Of a DNA stretch of 64,000 bases, positions 21,130-31,900 are shown piece after piece. The position numbers were made by a program, and so were the translations under genes. Location of the stretch: contig OZ242374.1 in assembly GCA_965209055.1 (NCBI GenBank), forward strand, positions 5,024,001 through 5,088,000. The letters are read 5' to 3'. The notes beneath the pieces are model-generated. The model ran no database searches and was not told the DNA's origin. It worked only from the letters and a program-made list of their open reading frames with translations. Position 1 is the first letter of the stretch, and every line of letters begins with the position of its first letter. Source of the DNA: Acidobacteriota bacterium (lineage in GTDB: Bacteria > Acidobacteriota > UBA6911 > RPQK01 > JAJDTT01).

Positions 21130-22932
21130 TTATTCGTTTCCCACCCGCAGCACGCTGAGAAACGCTTCCTGGGGAATATCGACGCGGCCGATGGACTTCA
21201 TCCTCCGTTTGCCGCCCTTCTGGATCTCCAGCAATTTCCGCTTCCGGGTCACGTCCCCTCCGTAGCACTTGGCCAGGACGTTCTTCCGCAAGGCGCGAAC
21301 GCTCTCGGCGGCAATGATCCGGGACCCCAATGCCGCCTGGATCCGGATCTCGAAGAGTTGTTGGGGAAGCACGTCCTTGAGCCGTCCGACCAACGCCTTC
21401 CCGCGGGTGTAGGCCCTTTTCCGATGAGTGATGAAGCTCAGGGCGTCGACCCCCTGCCCATTGATCCGGATGTCCAGCTTGGACAAGTCCCCGACTCGAT
21501 ATCCCATGGGCTCGTAGTCGAACGAGGCATAGCCCCGGGTCCGGCTCTTCAGGGTGTCGAAGAAGTCCATGAGAATTTCGGCCAACGGAAGCTCAAAGGT
21601 GAGCACCACACGCGTCGGACCGCTGGAGTCCAGGTTCCGGAAAACGCCGCGCCGGTCTTTGCACAGGTCCATGCAGACGCTCATGTACTTGTTGGGCGTG
21701 ATAACGGTGGCCAGAACGTAGGGCTCCTCCACCACGTCGATCTCCCCCAGGGAGGGCCAGCGGGTCGGATTGTCGATCTCCAGGACCGAGCCGTCTTTGC
21801 AGGTCATCCGGTAGACCACCGACGGGCAGGTGGCCACCAGCTCCAGGTTGAACTCCCGCTCCAGCCGCTCCTGGATGATCTCGCTGTGGAGCAGGCCCAG
21901 GAAGCCGCAGCGGAAACCGAAGCCCAGCGCCGCCGAGCTCTCGGGCTCGAAGGAGAGCGACGCGTCGTTGAGCTGAAGCCGGTTCAGGGACTCTCTAAGA
22001 TCCGAGTATCGATCGCTGTTGACCGGGTAGAGGCCGCAAAAAACCATGGGGCGGCTCCGGCGGTAACCGGGCAGGGGAACGGACGCCGGGTTTGGAGCCT
22101 CGGTGATGGTCTCTCCCACCCGGCAGTCCCCGATGGCCTTGATGCCTGCGTGTACGTATCCGACCTGGCCGGCCTGGAGGATTCCGGTCTCTTTCCGTTC
22201 CGGAGCGAAGACGCCGACTCCCGCCACCTCGGCTTCCCGGCCCGAAGCCATCATGCGAATCCGCATTCCCCGCTTCAGCACGCCGTTGACGACCCGAACG
22301 TAGGCGATGATTCCCAGATAGGTGTCGAAGTGACTGTCGAAGATGAGCGCCTGCAGGGGCGCCTCCGGGTCTCCCGGAGGCGGTGGAATATTTTGGACCA
22401 CGCCCTCCAGGACATCGTCGATGCCCCGCCCTTCCTTGGCGCTGGCCAACACGCACTCCGAGATGTCGACGGCCAGCGTTTCGTCAATCTCCTCCATGAC
22501 CCGGTCCGGGTCCGCCGCCGGGAGATCGATCTTGTTGATGACCGGCAGGATCGCCAAGTCGTGATTCATGGCCAGGCTCACGTTGGCCAGAGTCTGCGCC
22601 TCGACCCCCTGAGCGGCGTCCACCACCAGGATGGCACCCTCGCAGGCCGCCAGACTGCGCGACACCTCGTACGAGAAGTCCACGTGACCGGGAGTGTCGA
22701 TGAGGTTCAACTCGTAATCGAGGCCGTCCGCGGCCTGGTAGTTCAGCCGTACGGCGGCCATCTTGATGGTGATTCCCCGCTCCCGTTCCAGCTCCATCTG
22801 ATCCAGGACCTGTTCCCTCATCTGCCGGGCGTCCACGGTGTCGGTCGTCTCCAGCAGCCGGTCGGCCAGAGTCGACTTCCCGTGGTCGATGTGGGCGATG
22901 ATGCAGAAGTTCCGGATTCGGGACTGGGCCAT
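21130..22932 (-). CDS. lepA: Translation elongation factor 4
   Basis: [60 protein letters not shown]. Confidence 0.97.
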   Translation of the reverse strand: MAQSRIRNFCIIAHIDHGKSTLADRLLETTDTVDARQMREQVLDQMELERERGITIKMAAVRLNYQAADGLDYELNLIDTPGHVDFSYEVSRSLAACEGAILVVDAAQGVEAQTLANVSLAMNHDLAILPVINKIDLPAADPDRVMEEIDETLAVDISECVLASAKEGRGIDDVLEGVVQNIPPPPGDPEAPLQALIFDSHFDTYLGIIAYVRVVNGVLKRGMRIRMMASGREAEVAGVGVFAPERKETGILQAGQVGYVHAGIKAIGDCRVGETITEAPNPASVPLPGYRRSRPMVFCGLYPVNSDRYSDLRESLNRLQLNDASLSFEPESSAALGFGFRCGFLGLLHSEIIQERLEREFNLELVATCPSVVYRMTCKDGSVLEIDNPTRWPSLGEIDVVEEPYVLATVITPNKYMSVCMDLCKDRRGVFRNLDSSGPTRVVLTFELPLAEILMDFFDTLKSRTRGYASFDYEPMGYRVGDLSKLDIRINGQGVDALSFITHRKRAYTRGKALVGRLKDVLPQQLFEIRIQAALGSRIIAAESVRALRKNVLAKCYGGDVTRKRKLLEIQKGGKRRMKSIGRVDIPQEAFLSVLRVGNE

Positions 22933-23111
22933 GGGATTGCTCTTCGTTCGTCGCCGGGAGCGGACCGGACCGCTCGCCGTCACGGGTCGCTATTGTAACA
23001 GCCCCCGACCTACGCCCTGCCCAAGCCGATGGCCAGCCGTATCAAACCACGACCAGGTCGGGATATCTCCTGACAGAGAGAGGAGAATAGGAAAGCTCCC
23101 CCACCGGAGCG

Positions 23112-23223
23112 GGAGCGGCGGTCTCCCAACCGCCGGACTCCCGCATAGCAACGTGGCGACGGAAGAACGGGCGATTAGGAAATCGCCCTTCCTCGCGCCG
23201 GAGCCGCGGTTTCCTAACCGCCC
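23112..23223. repeat. Cluster of three REP-like palindromes in alternating orientation
   Basis: GGAGCGGCGGTCTCCCAACCGCCG (23112, +), GGGCGATTAGGAAATCGCCCTTCC (23169, -), GGAGCCGCGGTTTCCTAACCGCCC (23200, +). Confidence 0.7.
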
Positions 23224-23239
23224 TCTTTTCTTCGGTTCC

Positions 23240-24001
23240 TCAGAACGTCTTGCAGAGCACTCCGCCGTCCACGACCAGTACGGCTCCGGTGATATAGCTT
23301 CCCGCCTCGGTGGCCAGCAGCAGCGCCGGCCCCACCAGCTCCTCAGGCTCGGCCCAGCGGCCGAGCGCAGTGCGATCCGAAAAGACCTGTTTCTCCGCGG
23401 GGCTGAGCAGCCCCCCCGGCATTTCGGTGAGAAAGGGGCCCGGCGCCAGGCAGTTGACGGTCACGTTGTACTCCCCCAGGTCCTGGGCACTGGCGCGGCA
23501 GAGCCCCAGCAGGGCGGCCTTCGTGGCCGAATAGGAGTTGCGTTTCTCTTTGGAGCCCAAACCCATGATGGAGGAGATGTGGATGATCCGGCCCCATCGC
23601 CGGGTCTTCATCTGGGGGGCCAGCGCCCGGGTGAGCGCCATGCAGGAGGTGAGATTCAACTCCACGGTGCGATCCCAGATCTCGTCGCTGATCTCGTCGA
23701 TGGATTCGGGCGTATTGCAGCCCGCATTGTTGATCAGGATGTCCACCTTTCCCATGACCTCCAGTGAAGTCTCCGCCAGCGAGCGAACCTGTTCCCGGGA
23801 GGTCATGTCGGCCACGTGATAGTGAATGGTCGCATCCGGAACCCCGGCGGCCGTATTCCGCAGACCTTCTTCACCGCGGCTGCTGATCATCACCTCGGCC
23901 CCGGCCCGCGCCAACCCGTGGGCCATGGCTCTACCCAACCCCTGGCTGCCGCCGGTGATCAACGCGGTCCTGCCGCTCAGATCGAAGATGGTTCCCTTCA
24001 T
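23240..24001 (-). CDS. Short-chain dehydrogenase/reductase (gluconate 5-dehydrogenase-like)
   Basis: TGGSQGLG, NNAG, YSATK catalytic motif, VNCLAPG, VDGG. Confidence 0.92.
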   Translation of the reverse strand: MKGTIFDLSGRTALITGGSQGLGRAMAHGLARAGAEVMISSRGEEGLRNTAAGVPDATIHYHVADMTSREQVRSLAETSLEVMGKVDILINNAGCNTPESIDEISDEIWDRTVELNLTSCMALTRALAPQMKTRRWGRIIHISSIMGLGSKEKRNSYSATKAALLGLCRASAQDLGEYNVTVNCLAPGPFLTEMPGGLLSPAEKQVFSDRTALGRWAEPEELVGPALLLATEAGSYITGAVLVVDGGVLCKTF

Positions 24002-24120
24002 GTGTTCGCTCCCTTCAGTTGCAGCACCGAACCCGCGCGCCGGTGGTACCAGAGTGTACGGGGAAAGTCAAAGCACCCGTCAGAGTGATGCCAAGACCAC
24101 AAGTACGCGAAATTTCCGAT

Positions 24121-26016
24121 TCATTCATCCGGTTCGGCGGGTACAGGGGCGCTCTCTTCGGCGCTTGGAGGGTACATGAGCACAGCCGCGACGGATTCGT
24201 TGAATTTCTTCGCCAGGGCCAACGGAGTCATTCCTGCTTCGCCCTTGGCGTTGAGCGTGGCTCCGGACAGCAACAACACTTCCGTGACTTCCGGATTGGA
24301 GTTGTTCCTGGCCGCATAGTGCAGTGGTGTATTTCCCTTGCGGCTCTTGGCATCGGGGTCCGCCCCGGCCGACAACAAGCTTTTCGCCACTTCCGCGTTG
24401 GAATTGTTCCACGCCGCATAGTGAAGTGGGGTATCGCCTCTTCGATTCCTGACGTTCGGGCCGGCGTCGGCCGCCAGCAACGCTTCCACGACTTCCGGAT
24501 TCGGATTCTGCGCCGCCGCGTAATGCAAAGGGGTATTGCCGTCCCTGTTCCTGACCCCGGTAACGGCCCCACCCTCCAGCAATGCGTTCAATACCTCCGG
24601 GTTCGGGTTGTTCCCGGCCGCGCGGTGAAGCGACGTCTCGGAGTTCCAGTTCTGGTTGTTGGGATCCGCGCCGTGTGCGATCAACGCTTTCGCGACACCC
24701 GGGTTCTCATTCATTTCCGCCGCGTAGTCCAGCAGGCCGTTGCCGCGACGGTCTCTGAGATTGGAATTGATGCCCAACGCCAGGAACACCTTGATCACTT
24801 CGGGATTCCGGCTGAACATGGCCGCGCTGAGAATCGGCGTATAGCCCGACCCGTTTCTCGCACCGACCTTCGCGCCGGCCTGGATCAGAACCTTGACCAC
24901 CTCCGGATTGCCGTTGTCTGCCGCCGCATGGTGCAACGGAGTGTCACCGGCATGGTTCGTGGCATTGATCCTGGCGCCGCGCGCCAGCAACAGGCCCACG
25001 ATCAAGGGATCCCGATTGTAGCGGGCTGCGTAGTGCAGCGGAGTATCGGACACGTCGTCCCGCTTTTTGGCGTCAGCTCCGGCCGACAACAACGTCTGCA
25101 CCATCTCGCGGCTTCCGTTGTCGCCGATGGCCCAGTGCAACGGCGTGGTCCCATAGTCGTCCTTGGGGTCGAGCTTGACTCGGGACTTCAGCAACACTTT
25201 GAGCACCGGCAACTTGTCGGGGTGGCTGACGGCCAGGTGCAAGGGGGTCACCCCCTCGTCGTCCTTGGCGTTTCGATTGGCCTTGGCGGCGACCAGGGCG
25301 CGTGCCACCTCGGGGTTCTCGTTGCTCCCGACCGCCAGGTGCAAGGGGGTCGCGCCATCCTCGTCCTTGGCGTTGCGATTGGCTCCGGCTCCGATCAACG
25401 CCTGGATCACCTGGGGATTGGGATTGTTCCAGGCCGCGTTGTGAAGTGGCGTATAGCCATTTCGGTCCTTCGTGTTGACCTTGGCGCCGCCGGCGATGAT
25501 GGCTCGGACCACGCCGGCGTTCCGGTTGTTCCAGGCGGAATGGTGCAACGGGGTCTCGCCACTCCCATCCTGGACCCTTGGATCGGCCCCCGCGGCCACC
25601 AGGACTCGGATCAGGCCGGGGTCGCTCCCCGTTTTGGCCTCGATCCACAGACGCTTGGCCGCCACCCTCGTCAGGAGCGCCAACGCCTGCTTTCGGGATC
25701 GGCCGCCGACTCCCGTGGCCAGGTAGCGCTGCAGGGCCTCCATGGCCTCGCCGGCCGCACCGCAGAGGTTCAGAATCCGCCCATACTTGAGATAGAACTG
25801 AGGAGGCAACCGGACGCCCTGTTGCCGGTGCAGGGCCAGCGCCTCGCTCATGGATTTCCGGGCGGCTTGAGCCTGCCCTTGGCCGAGTTGTTCGTCCGCC
25901 TCGGCGAGGAACCGGTCGGCCAGGATCTGGGGCGAGTCCTGCGCGAACGAGACTCCGGCGAACGCCGGCATCAATGTGGACGCCAGCAACAACAGCGTAC
26001 GGAATTCCCGCTTCAT
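24121..26016 (-). CDS. Secreted ankyrin-repeat protein with an N-terminal TPR-like helical region
   Basis: Signal-peptide-like N-terminus and 14 counted GxTPLHxAA-type repeats of about 34 aa. Confidence 0.93.
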   Translation of the reverse strand: MKREFRTLLLLASTLMPAFAGVSFAQDSPQILADRFLAEADEQLGQGQAQAARKSMSEALALHRQQGVRLPPQFYLKYGRILNLCGAAGEAMEALQRYLATGVGGRSRKQALALLTRVAAKRLWIEAKTGSDPGLIRVLVAAGADPRVQDGSGETPLHHSAWNNRNAGVVRAIIAGGAKVNTKDRNGYTPLHNAAWNNPNPQVIQALIGAGANRNAKDEDGATPLHLAVGSNENPEVARALVAAKANRNAKDDEGVTPLHLAVSHPDKLPVLKVLLKSRVKLDPKDDYGTTPLHWAIGDNGSREMVQTLLSAGADAKKRDDVSDTPLHYAARYNRDPLIVGLLLARGARINATNHAGDTPLHHAAADNGNPEVVKVLIQAGAKVGARNGSGYTPILSAAMFSRNPEVIKVFLALGINSNLRDRRGNGLLDYAAEMNENPGVAKALIAHGADPNNQNWNSETSLHRAAGNNPNPEVLNALLEGGAVTGVRNRDGNTPLHYAAAQNPNPEVVEALLAADAGPNVRNRRGDTPLHYAAWNNSNAEVAKSLLSAGADPDAKSRKGNTPLHYAARNNSNPEVTEVLLLSGATLNAKGEAGMTPLALAKKFNESVAAVLMYPPSAEESAPVPAEPDE

Positions 26017-26215
26017 GCTTCCGGTTTGAGTTCAGTCCCGGACATCGTCTCGGGCCGGCCTTGGGACACGCGTCCCGCCGACAACCATTTGACGGCGATT
26101 CTAGCAGTCCCGTTCAAGAATCAGGAAAGAGTACTGAGACGAGAGTAGTTTACGCGTCGCGGGACTTGGATTCACGTAGAATCGGACCACGGGTTGTCGG
26201 CCCGTTTCACGCTTC

Positions 26216-28948
26216 TTGCGGGAAAGGCAGACCGAAACGTTGGACCGGGAATCGAAAAACACATTCCGCAAGACGCGGGTGATTCACAGTCGTTACGGAT
26301 GGCGAAGCCATCGGACCGAGGCTGCTCTGGCGGGCGAACAGGGTCTGTGCCTCCTGACCATGGAGCAGCTTGCCGCCCGTTTGGCCGGGGGCTTCCTTCG
26401 GCCCATCGATCCGGATGCTCTCAAGGCCGCGGTCGCTGAATCCGTCTCCGAACCGCTGGGTGAGCTGGACAGCATCAAGACTCTGCCTGGTTTTCAACGT
26501 GCCGCCGCGGCGAGTCTGTCCAAGGCCTGGCGCGCAGGTCTGAAACTGGACGAGGAAGCTGCGGCAGCGACCAGCGAAACGGCCGGAACCCGCCTCGACT
26601 CGCTGGCTCGACTCGAGCGCGAAGTGCTCTCCAGGCTGCCCGCCAATCAACTCCGGCCCCGCGACCTGGCGGCCGCCGCGGCGCGGCGCGCCGTTCATGG
26701 GCGTTCAATTTTCGGACGAATCGAGATTCACGGCCGCACGGAGATGTCTCCGGTGTGGCGCCGTCTTCTGTCGCTCATCGGCCGGGAAACCGATGTGGTC
26801 TGGGTTGCGGAAGCAAGAGAGACCCCGGATTGGCTCCACGACTCGGGAATCGAAGTCGAGACTGCTCCGCAGGCGAGCCCCACGGTCCGGGCTCTCTCCT
26901 GTGCCAGCCCACGCCACGAGGTGCTGGAAGCTCTGCGCTGGGCCCGGAAACACCTTGCCCGGGGCGTGTTGCCCCAGCAGATCGCCATTATCGCGACTTC
27001 GCCGGAGAACTGGGACGACCATCTGCTGGCACTGGGGGAAGCATGCAATCTGCCCCTCCACTTCATTCACGGCCGCACCGTGCTTTCGACGGCCGAAGGG
27101 CAGCTTGCCGCAGCCCTCGCGGAGATCCTGCTGCGCGGATTCTCACGCGCCCGGGTCGTCCGTCTGGCAGCGCTCCTCCGGACCCGAAACCAACGATTCA
27201 ATACCCTGCCCGGCAACTGGTGGCAGGCCTTGCCCGACGGAGCCCCATTGCTGGACGCTGCACGCTGGCGCCGGGCCATCGCCGATTTGGGCGGCCCCGA
27301 CTCTCCCGCCAGCGACTGCCGGCCGCTACTGGAGGAGATCATTGGAACCCTGGCCCGGGGCCGGAAGGAAGCGGAGGCCATCGGCGAACGGCTGCTGGCC
27401 GGGAGAGCGCTCCGGATCTGGCGCAAGGCGTTGCTGGAAGGACCGGCCGCAGCACTCGACATCACCCTGACCGGACTGCGCGTCGACGACGGACTCGAGC
27501 CGGGCGCCTCCATGATCTGGGGGCCGGCATCCGCCATCGCCGCGGCTCCTCGGCCTTTCTGCCGGCTCCTGGGCCTGACCTCCCGTTCCTGGCCGCGCCG
27601 CGCGAGCGAAGATTCTCTCCTGCCGAATCACGTCATCCCGGCGGATCGTCTCGATCCCCTGCCCGTTCACGAAGCGGACCGGCGCGATTTCGAGACCATC
27701 TGGAGAACCGCGGGGGCTGAAGTCGTCTGTTCCCGGGCCCGGCGCGACAGCGAAGGGCGGCTCAACGGCATTTCTCCGCTCTACCCTCATCATCTCGGCG
27801 AAAGCCATCTGGCCCAGAGCCGGGAGCCGGGGCATGCCGCCAGCGCCAGCGACCGCTTGATGGTGCGGCCCCCCGAATTCCGCCGTCTCCCGAACGCGAT
27901 TTCGGCGCGCGAGACTTGGCGCGATTGGCATCGACACCGATTGACCGCTCACGACGGACTGGTCAGGAGCGGTCATCCCCTGCTGGTTCGCGCCCTCGAC
28001 CGATGCCAATCCGCCAGTTCTCTGGTCAAGCTGCTGCGAGATCCCCTGGGATACCTCTGGACCTACGGATTCGGATGGAGGGCTCCCGAAGAAACGGACG
28101 AGCCGCTGACCCTCGATGCGCTGGCCTTCGGCAGCCTGCTGCACGACATTCTGCAGGAAACGGTCGCTCTCCTGGAGGAGGCCCGGGCCGGCGGTTTCGC
28201 CGCCGCTTCCGCTGAAAAAATTGAACAGGTCGCTGAACGGGCGGCAGATCACGTGAGGGCCCGGTGGGACGACTCGCGGCCGGTGCCGCCCCCCGTCGTG
28301 TGGGTCCGCAAGTGCAAGGAGGCGGAAGCGATGGCCCGGGACGCGTTGACGGTGGACGAAGAGCCTTTGCCCGGGCAGCGGAGCTGGGTCGAGGTCCCGT
28401 TCGGCGGTGGCCCCCGCTTGAAGGACCTCGACGAAGAGGTCCGCTCCCGCCTGCCGTGGGATCCCGGTTCCGACGTGCAGATCCCTCGCACGAACATCCG
28501 CATCAGCGGATTCATCGACCGCCTCGATCTTACCGGGGATCGAAACCGGGCCCGGGTCACCGACTACAAGTCGGGAAAGCCGAGCCGCCGGCCGCCCCAG
28601 ATCAGGGGTGGCTCGGAGCTTCAGCGGTGCCTCTACGCGTTTGCGGTCGGGAGGCTGATCTCCCCCACGCCCCAAGTGGACACGCGCCTCCTCTATCCGA
28701 GAGCCGGTGGATCCCTTTGTCCCCTGGATGACCCCGGCGAGACTCTGGAAAGACTGGCGGACTACCTGGTAGCGGCGTCGGTATCGTTCGCCCAGGGGAA
28801 TGCTCTTCCCGGTCCGGACGCAAGAGAGACGTGGTACGGCTTGGCCTTTGCACTGCCGGGCGGCTCCAGGGAAAGCTATCTGGAGGTCAAACGACCAATG
28901 GCCGACCGGGCTCTCGCCGGCATCGCCCCCCTTTGGGAGGAGCCATGA
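26216..28948 (+). CDS. AddB-like protein with a C-terminal PD-(D/E)XK nuclease
   Basis: C-terminal SASSL..LLRDP, GSLLHDIL, EVPFG, GFIDRLD..VTDYKSG, QRCLY. No Walker A seen. Start may be TTG 26240. Confidence 0.85.
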   Translation: MRERQTETLDRESKNTFRKTRVIHSRYGWRSHRTEAALAGEQGLCLLTMEQLAARLAGGFLRPIDPDALKAAVAESVSEPLGELDSIKTLPGFQRAAAASLSKAWRAGLKLDEEAAAATSETAGTRLDSLARLEREVLSRLPANQLRPRDLAAAAARRAVHGRSIFGRIEIHGRTEMSPVWRRLLSLIGRETDVVWVAEARETPDWLHDSGIEVETAPQASPTVRALSCASPRHEVLEALRWARKHLARGVLPQQIAIIATSPENWDDHLLALGEACNLPLHFIHGRTVLSTAEGQLAAALAEILLRGFSRARVVRLAALLRTRNQRFNTLPGNWWQALPDGAPLLDAARWRRAIADLGGPDSPASDCRPLLEEIIGTLARGRKEAEAIGERLLAGRALRIWRKALLEGPAAALDITLTGLRVDDGLEPGASMIWGPASAIAAAPRPFCRLLGLTSRSWPRRASEDSLLPNHVIPADRLDPLPVHEADRRDFETIWRTAGAEVVCSRARRDSEGRLNGISPLYPHHLGESHLAQSREPGHAASASDRLMVRPPEFRRLPNAISARETWRDWHRHRLTAHDGLVRSGHPLLVRALDRCQSASSLVKLLRDPLGYLWTYGFGWRAPEETDEPLTLDALAFGSLLHDILQETVALLEEARAGGFAAASAEKIEQVAERAADHVRARWDDSRPVPPPVVWVRKCKEAEAMARDALTVDEEPLPGQRSWVEVPFGGGPRLKDLDEEVRSRLPWDPGSDVQIPRTNIRISGFIDRLDLTGDRNRARVTDYKSGKPSRRPPQIRGGSELQRCLYAFAVGRLISPTPQVDTRLLYPRAGGSLCPLDDPGETLERLADYLVAASVSFAQGNALPGPDARETWYGLAFALPGGSRESYLEVKRPMADRALAGIAPLWEEP

Positions 28949-28999
28949 CCGGTTGCACCTTTCCAACCGGTGTCAAGTGGAACACCCCCGGATTTCGAA

Positions 29000-31900
29000 A
29001 TGAAAGTTGACGGATCCGCCACCCCCCTTCCCGATTCGACGGCCCGCATTACGGCCCTGACCGACCATGAGCGCACGCTTCTGGTGGAGGCCGGCGCCGG
29101 CAGCGGCAAGACCGCGCTCATGGCCGGACGGGTGGCATTGCTCATCGGAGCGGGGGCTGATCCCAGGGACATCGTCGCCATCACCTTCACGGAGGCGGCT
29201 GCGGCCGAACTGCTGGAGCGGATCGAGACCCTGGTGCGGGATCTCTTGTCCGGCGCAGTTCCCATCGAGTTGGCCGCAGCATTGCCGTCCGGCCTGACCG
29301 AGGCCCAGAGGGACCATCTGAGCCGGGGAAGCGAGACGCTGGACGAAATCACCTGCACCACCATCCACGGCTTCTGTCAACAACTGATCCGGCCCTATTC
29401 GGTGGAGACCGGCCTGGACCCGGGCGCCGCCGTCATCGATCCGGCGGCGGCGGAACTCGCCTACCAGGACCTGTTGGACGCCTGGCTCTCGGCTCGGTTG
29501 GGAAGGGACCGGGGCGCCGATGGCCTGGGGCGCATTCCTCCCATGGGGGACGCCGGCGGGGAAGGGGATTTCCTGGCCGCCCTGGTGTTGGCGGCGCCCG
29601 ACGAAACACTGAGGCTCGTCAGCCAGACGGCCCGGTTCCTGAAGGAACACCGCACCGCGAAAGCCGCCCCGGCCGAGGTCGATTCGACGGTCTTTGAACG
29701 GCTCGTGGAAACCACCGGCGAGCTTGCCGCCTGGTACCGAAACTGCGGCGTGGAGGAGCCGGACACCGGGGAAATGATCCAGGATCTCCTGCGGGTCGCC
29801 GATCTTGTGGCCGAAGCGGGCAGACAGCGCCTGACCGGCCGATCCCTGGCGGCGCTTCTGGGCCATCGCCCCCCCTCCGCCTGCAAGCGGGGGACAGGAG
29901 AGTTCAAGCAGTGGCGCCGCAAGACCAAATGGAGGAACGCGGCTGCGGCCATCGGCGGAAGCGCCGCGTTGGGGGAGCAACTCAGTGCAGCCGGGAAAAC
30001 TTACTACGACACTTGCTCCATGGCCTATGCGATGTTTCGGACACATCTCGACGCCTTGGCGTCGGCGCTTTTCGTGGCGGAATTCGACCATTTCCGCGAG
30101 CTCTACGGGGACTACAAGCGAAACGCCGCTCTTCTTGATTTCGACGACCTCCTGTACCAGGCGCGGGATCTCCTGAAAGACAATGAATCCGTTCGCAAGT
30201 CGCTGGCGCGCCGCTATCCCCGCATCCTGGTGGACGAGTTTCAGGATACCGATCCCCTGCAATCCGAGATCATCTGGAGGCTCGCCGGAGAGGGAGACCC
30301 CGCTTCGCCCTGGCACGACCGGGTCATTCGTCCGGGCGCACTGTTTGTCGTGGGAGATCCGAAACAGGCCATCTACCGGTTCCGTGGCGCGGACGTCAAC
30401 ACCTACTTGCTGGCAAAAAAGGCTCTGGAGCAAAACGACCCATCCGCCATCCTGGACATCACAGCCAATTTCCGCACCCGGAGGCCGATCCTGAAATACG
30501 TCAATCGACATTTCGAGCGGCTGCTGCACGAGTCCCGGGGCCAGCCTGGTTTCACGCGTCTTGAGGCGACACGTCCAAGCGAGGGCAGACCCTGCGTCGC
30601 CGCCTTCGACATCAAGCTGGATGCGTCGGACATGAACGCCCGGGGGAAACCGAGCGTCCATCGTGTCCGCCGGAAAGAGGCCCAAGCCGTGGCTGCCGTC
30701 GTCGCAGACCTCATCGGAGCCTATCCGGTTGGCGGCAAGCAGGGGGATTCGCACAGGCCGGCGAGGGCCGGAGACATCGCTCTCCTCGCCCCCACCGGCA
30801 CCAGTCTCTGGATCTATGAGCAGGCCTTCGAGGATCTGGAGCTTCCCATCGCCACTCAGGCCGGAAAGGGCTTCTATCGCCGGCAGGAGGTCCAGGACCT
30901 CATCGCCATCGCGCGAGTCATCGCCGATGCACGTGACACGCTGGCGCTGGGGGCTCTGATTCGAGGCCCCCTGGTGGGGCTCACCGAAGAAGAGATCGCC
31001 GACGAGATCGAGGCGCTCCATGTCCGATCCGAACGCGGCGACTCCGGCCACGGTCCCGAGACGAAGGGCGCCGTGCGCCTCTCTCTCTGGACCGACCTGG
31101 ACTCCATCGGCAACCCCGTGCTCCGGAGGACCCTGGAGGTGTTGCAGAACCTGGCGCGAAAGGCCCGGCGGCTGACCCCGTACCATCTCCTGGTGGAAGC
31201 GGTCGAAGAGCTGCACGTGAATTCCATTCTTAAGGCGCGCCATCCGCGGGGAGCCGAGCGGGCACTTGCCAACGTGGAGCTGGTCCTGGAAATGGCGCGA
31301 GCCTACGCGGGGCGCGGAATCGGCGACTTCGCCCGCGCCCTCTGGCAGCGCTGGAACGACCAGGACGCGCAAGCCGAGGGCCGTCCCGACGCCGCGGCCG
31401 ACGCGGTGTCGATCATCACCATGCATTCGGCCAAGGGGCTCGAGTGGCCCATCGTGATTCCCATCAACTCGACGACCACACCGCGGCGGGTCACCGGATT
31501 CCTCTACGGGCGCCGGGACGACAGCATCCACATCAAGAGTCGCCTCTTTTCGAGCCCCGAATACTCGGAAGTCCGCTCGGACGAAGAACTCGAGCTGAAC
31601 GCGGAACGGGTCCGTCTCTGGTACGTGGCGCTGACCCGCGCCCGGGACCTGCTGCTGCTCCCCAGGCAGAACGCAAGGATTCCCAACGATTGGCTCAGCC
31701 TGATCGACATCGATCTCGGTTCCCTTCCTCCGATTTCAGCCGGCGGAGGGTTCCGAGGAGCGCCGGGACCTGGAGCCGGCTCCGGTCCCAATGCTCAGGA
31801 TCTTGCCACCTGGAAACGGGAGGCTGCCGAGATCCATGCGAACCGGCGGCAAATATCATGGGATCGACCGTCTCGTCACGAGGCGCCCGTGGAACCGGAG

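Noticed and set aside
24121-25600. Nucleotide repeats in the ankyrin gene (and the Sel1 gene) as DGR template/variable repeats or arrays
   Set aside because: They are explained by in-frame protein repeats, and there is no reverse transcriptase in the window.
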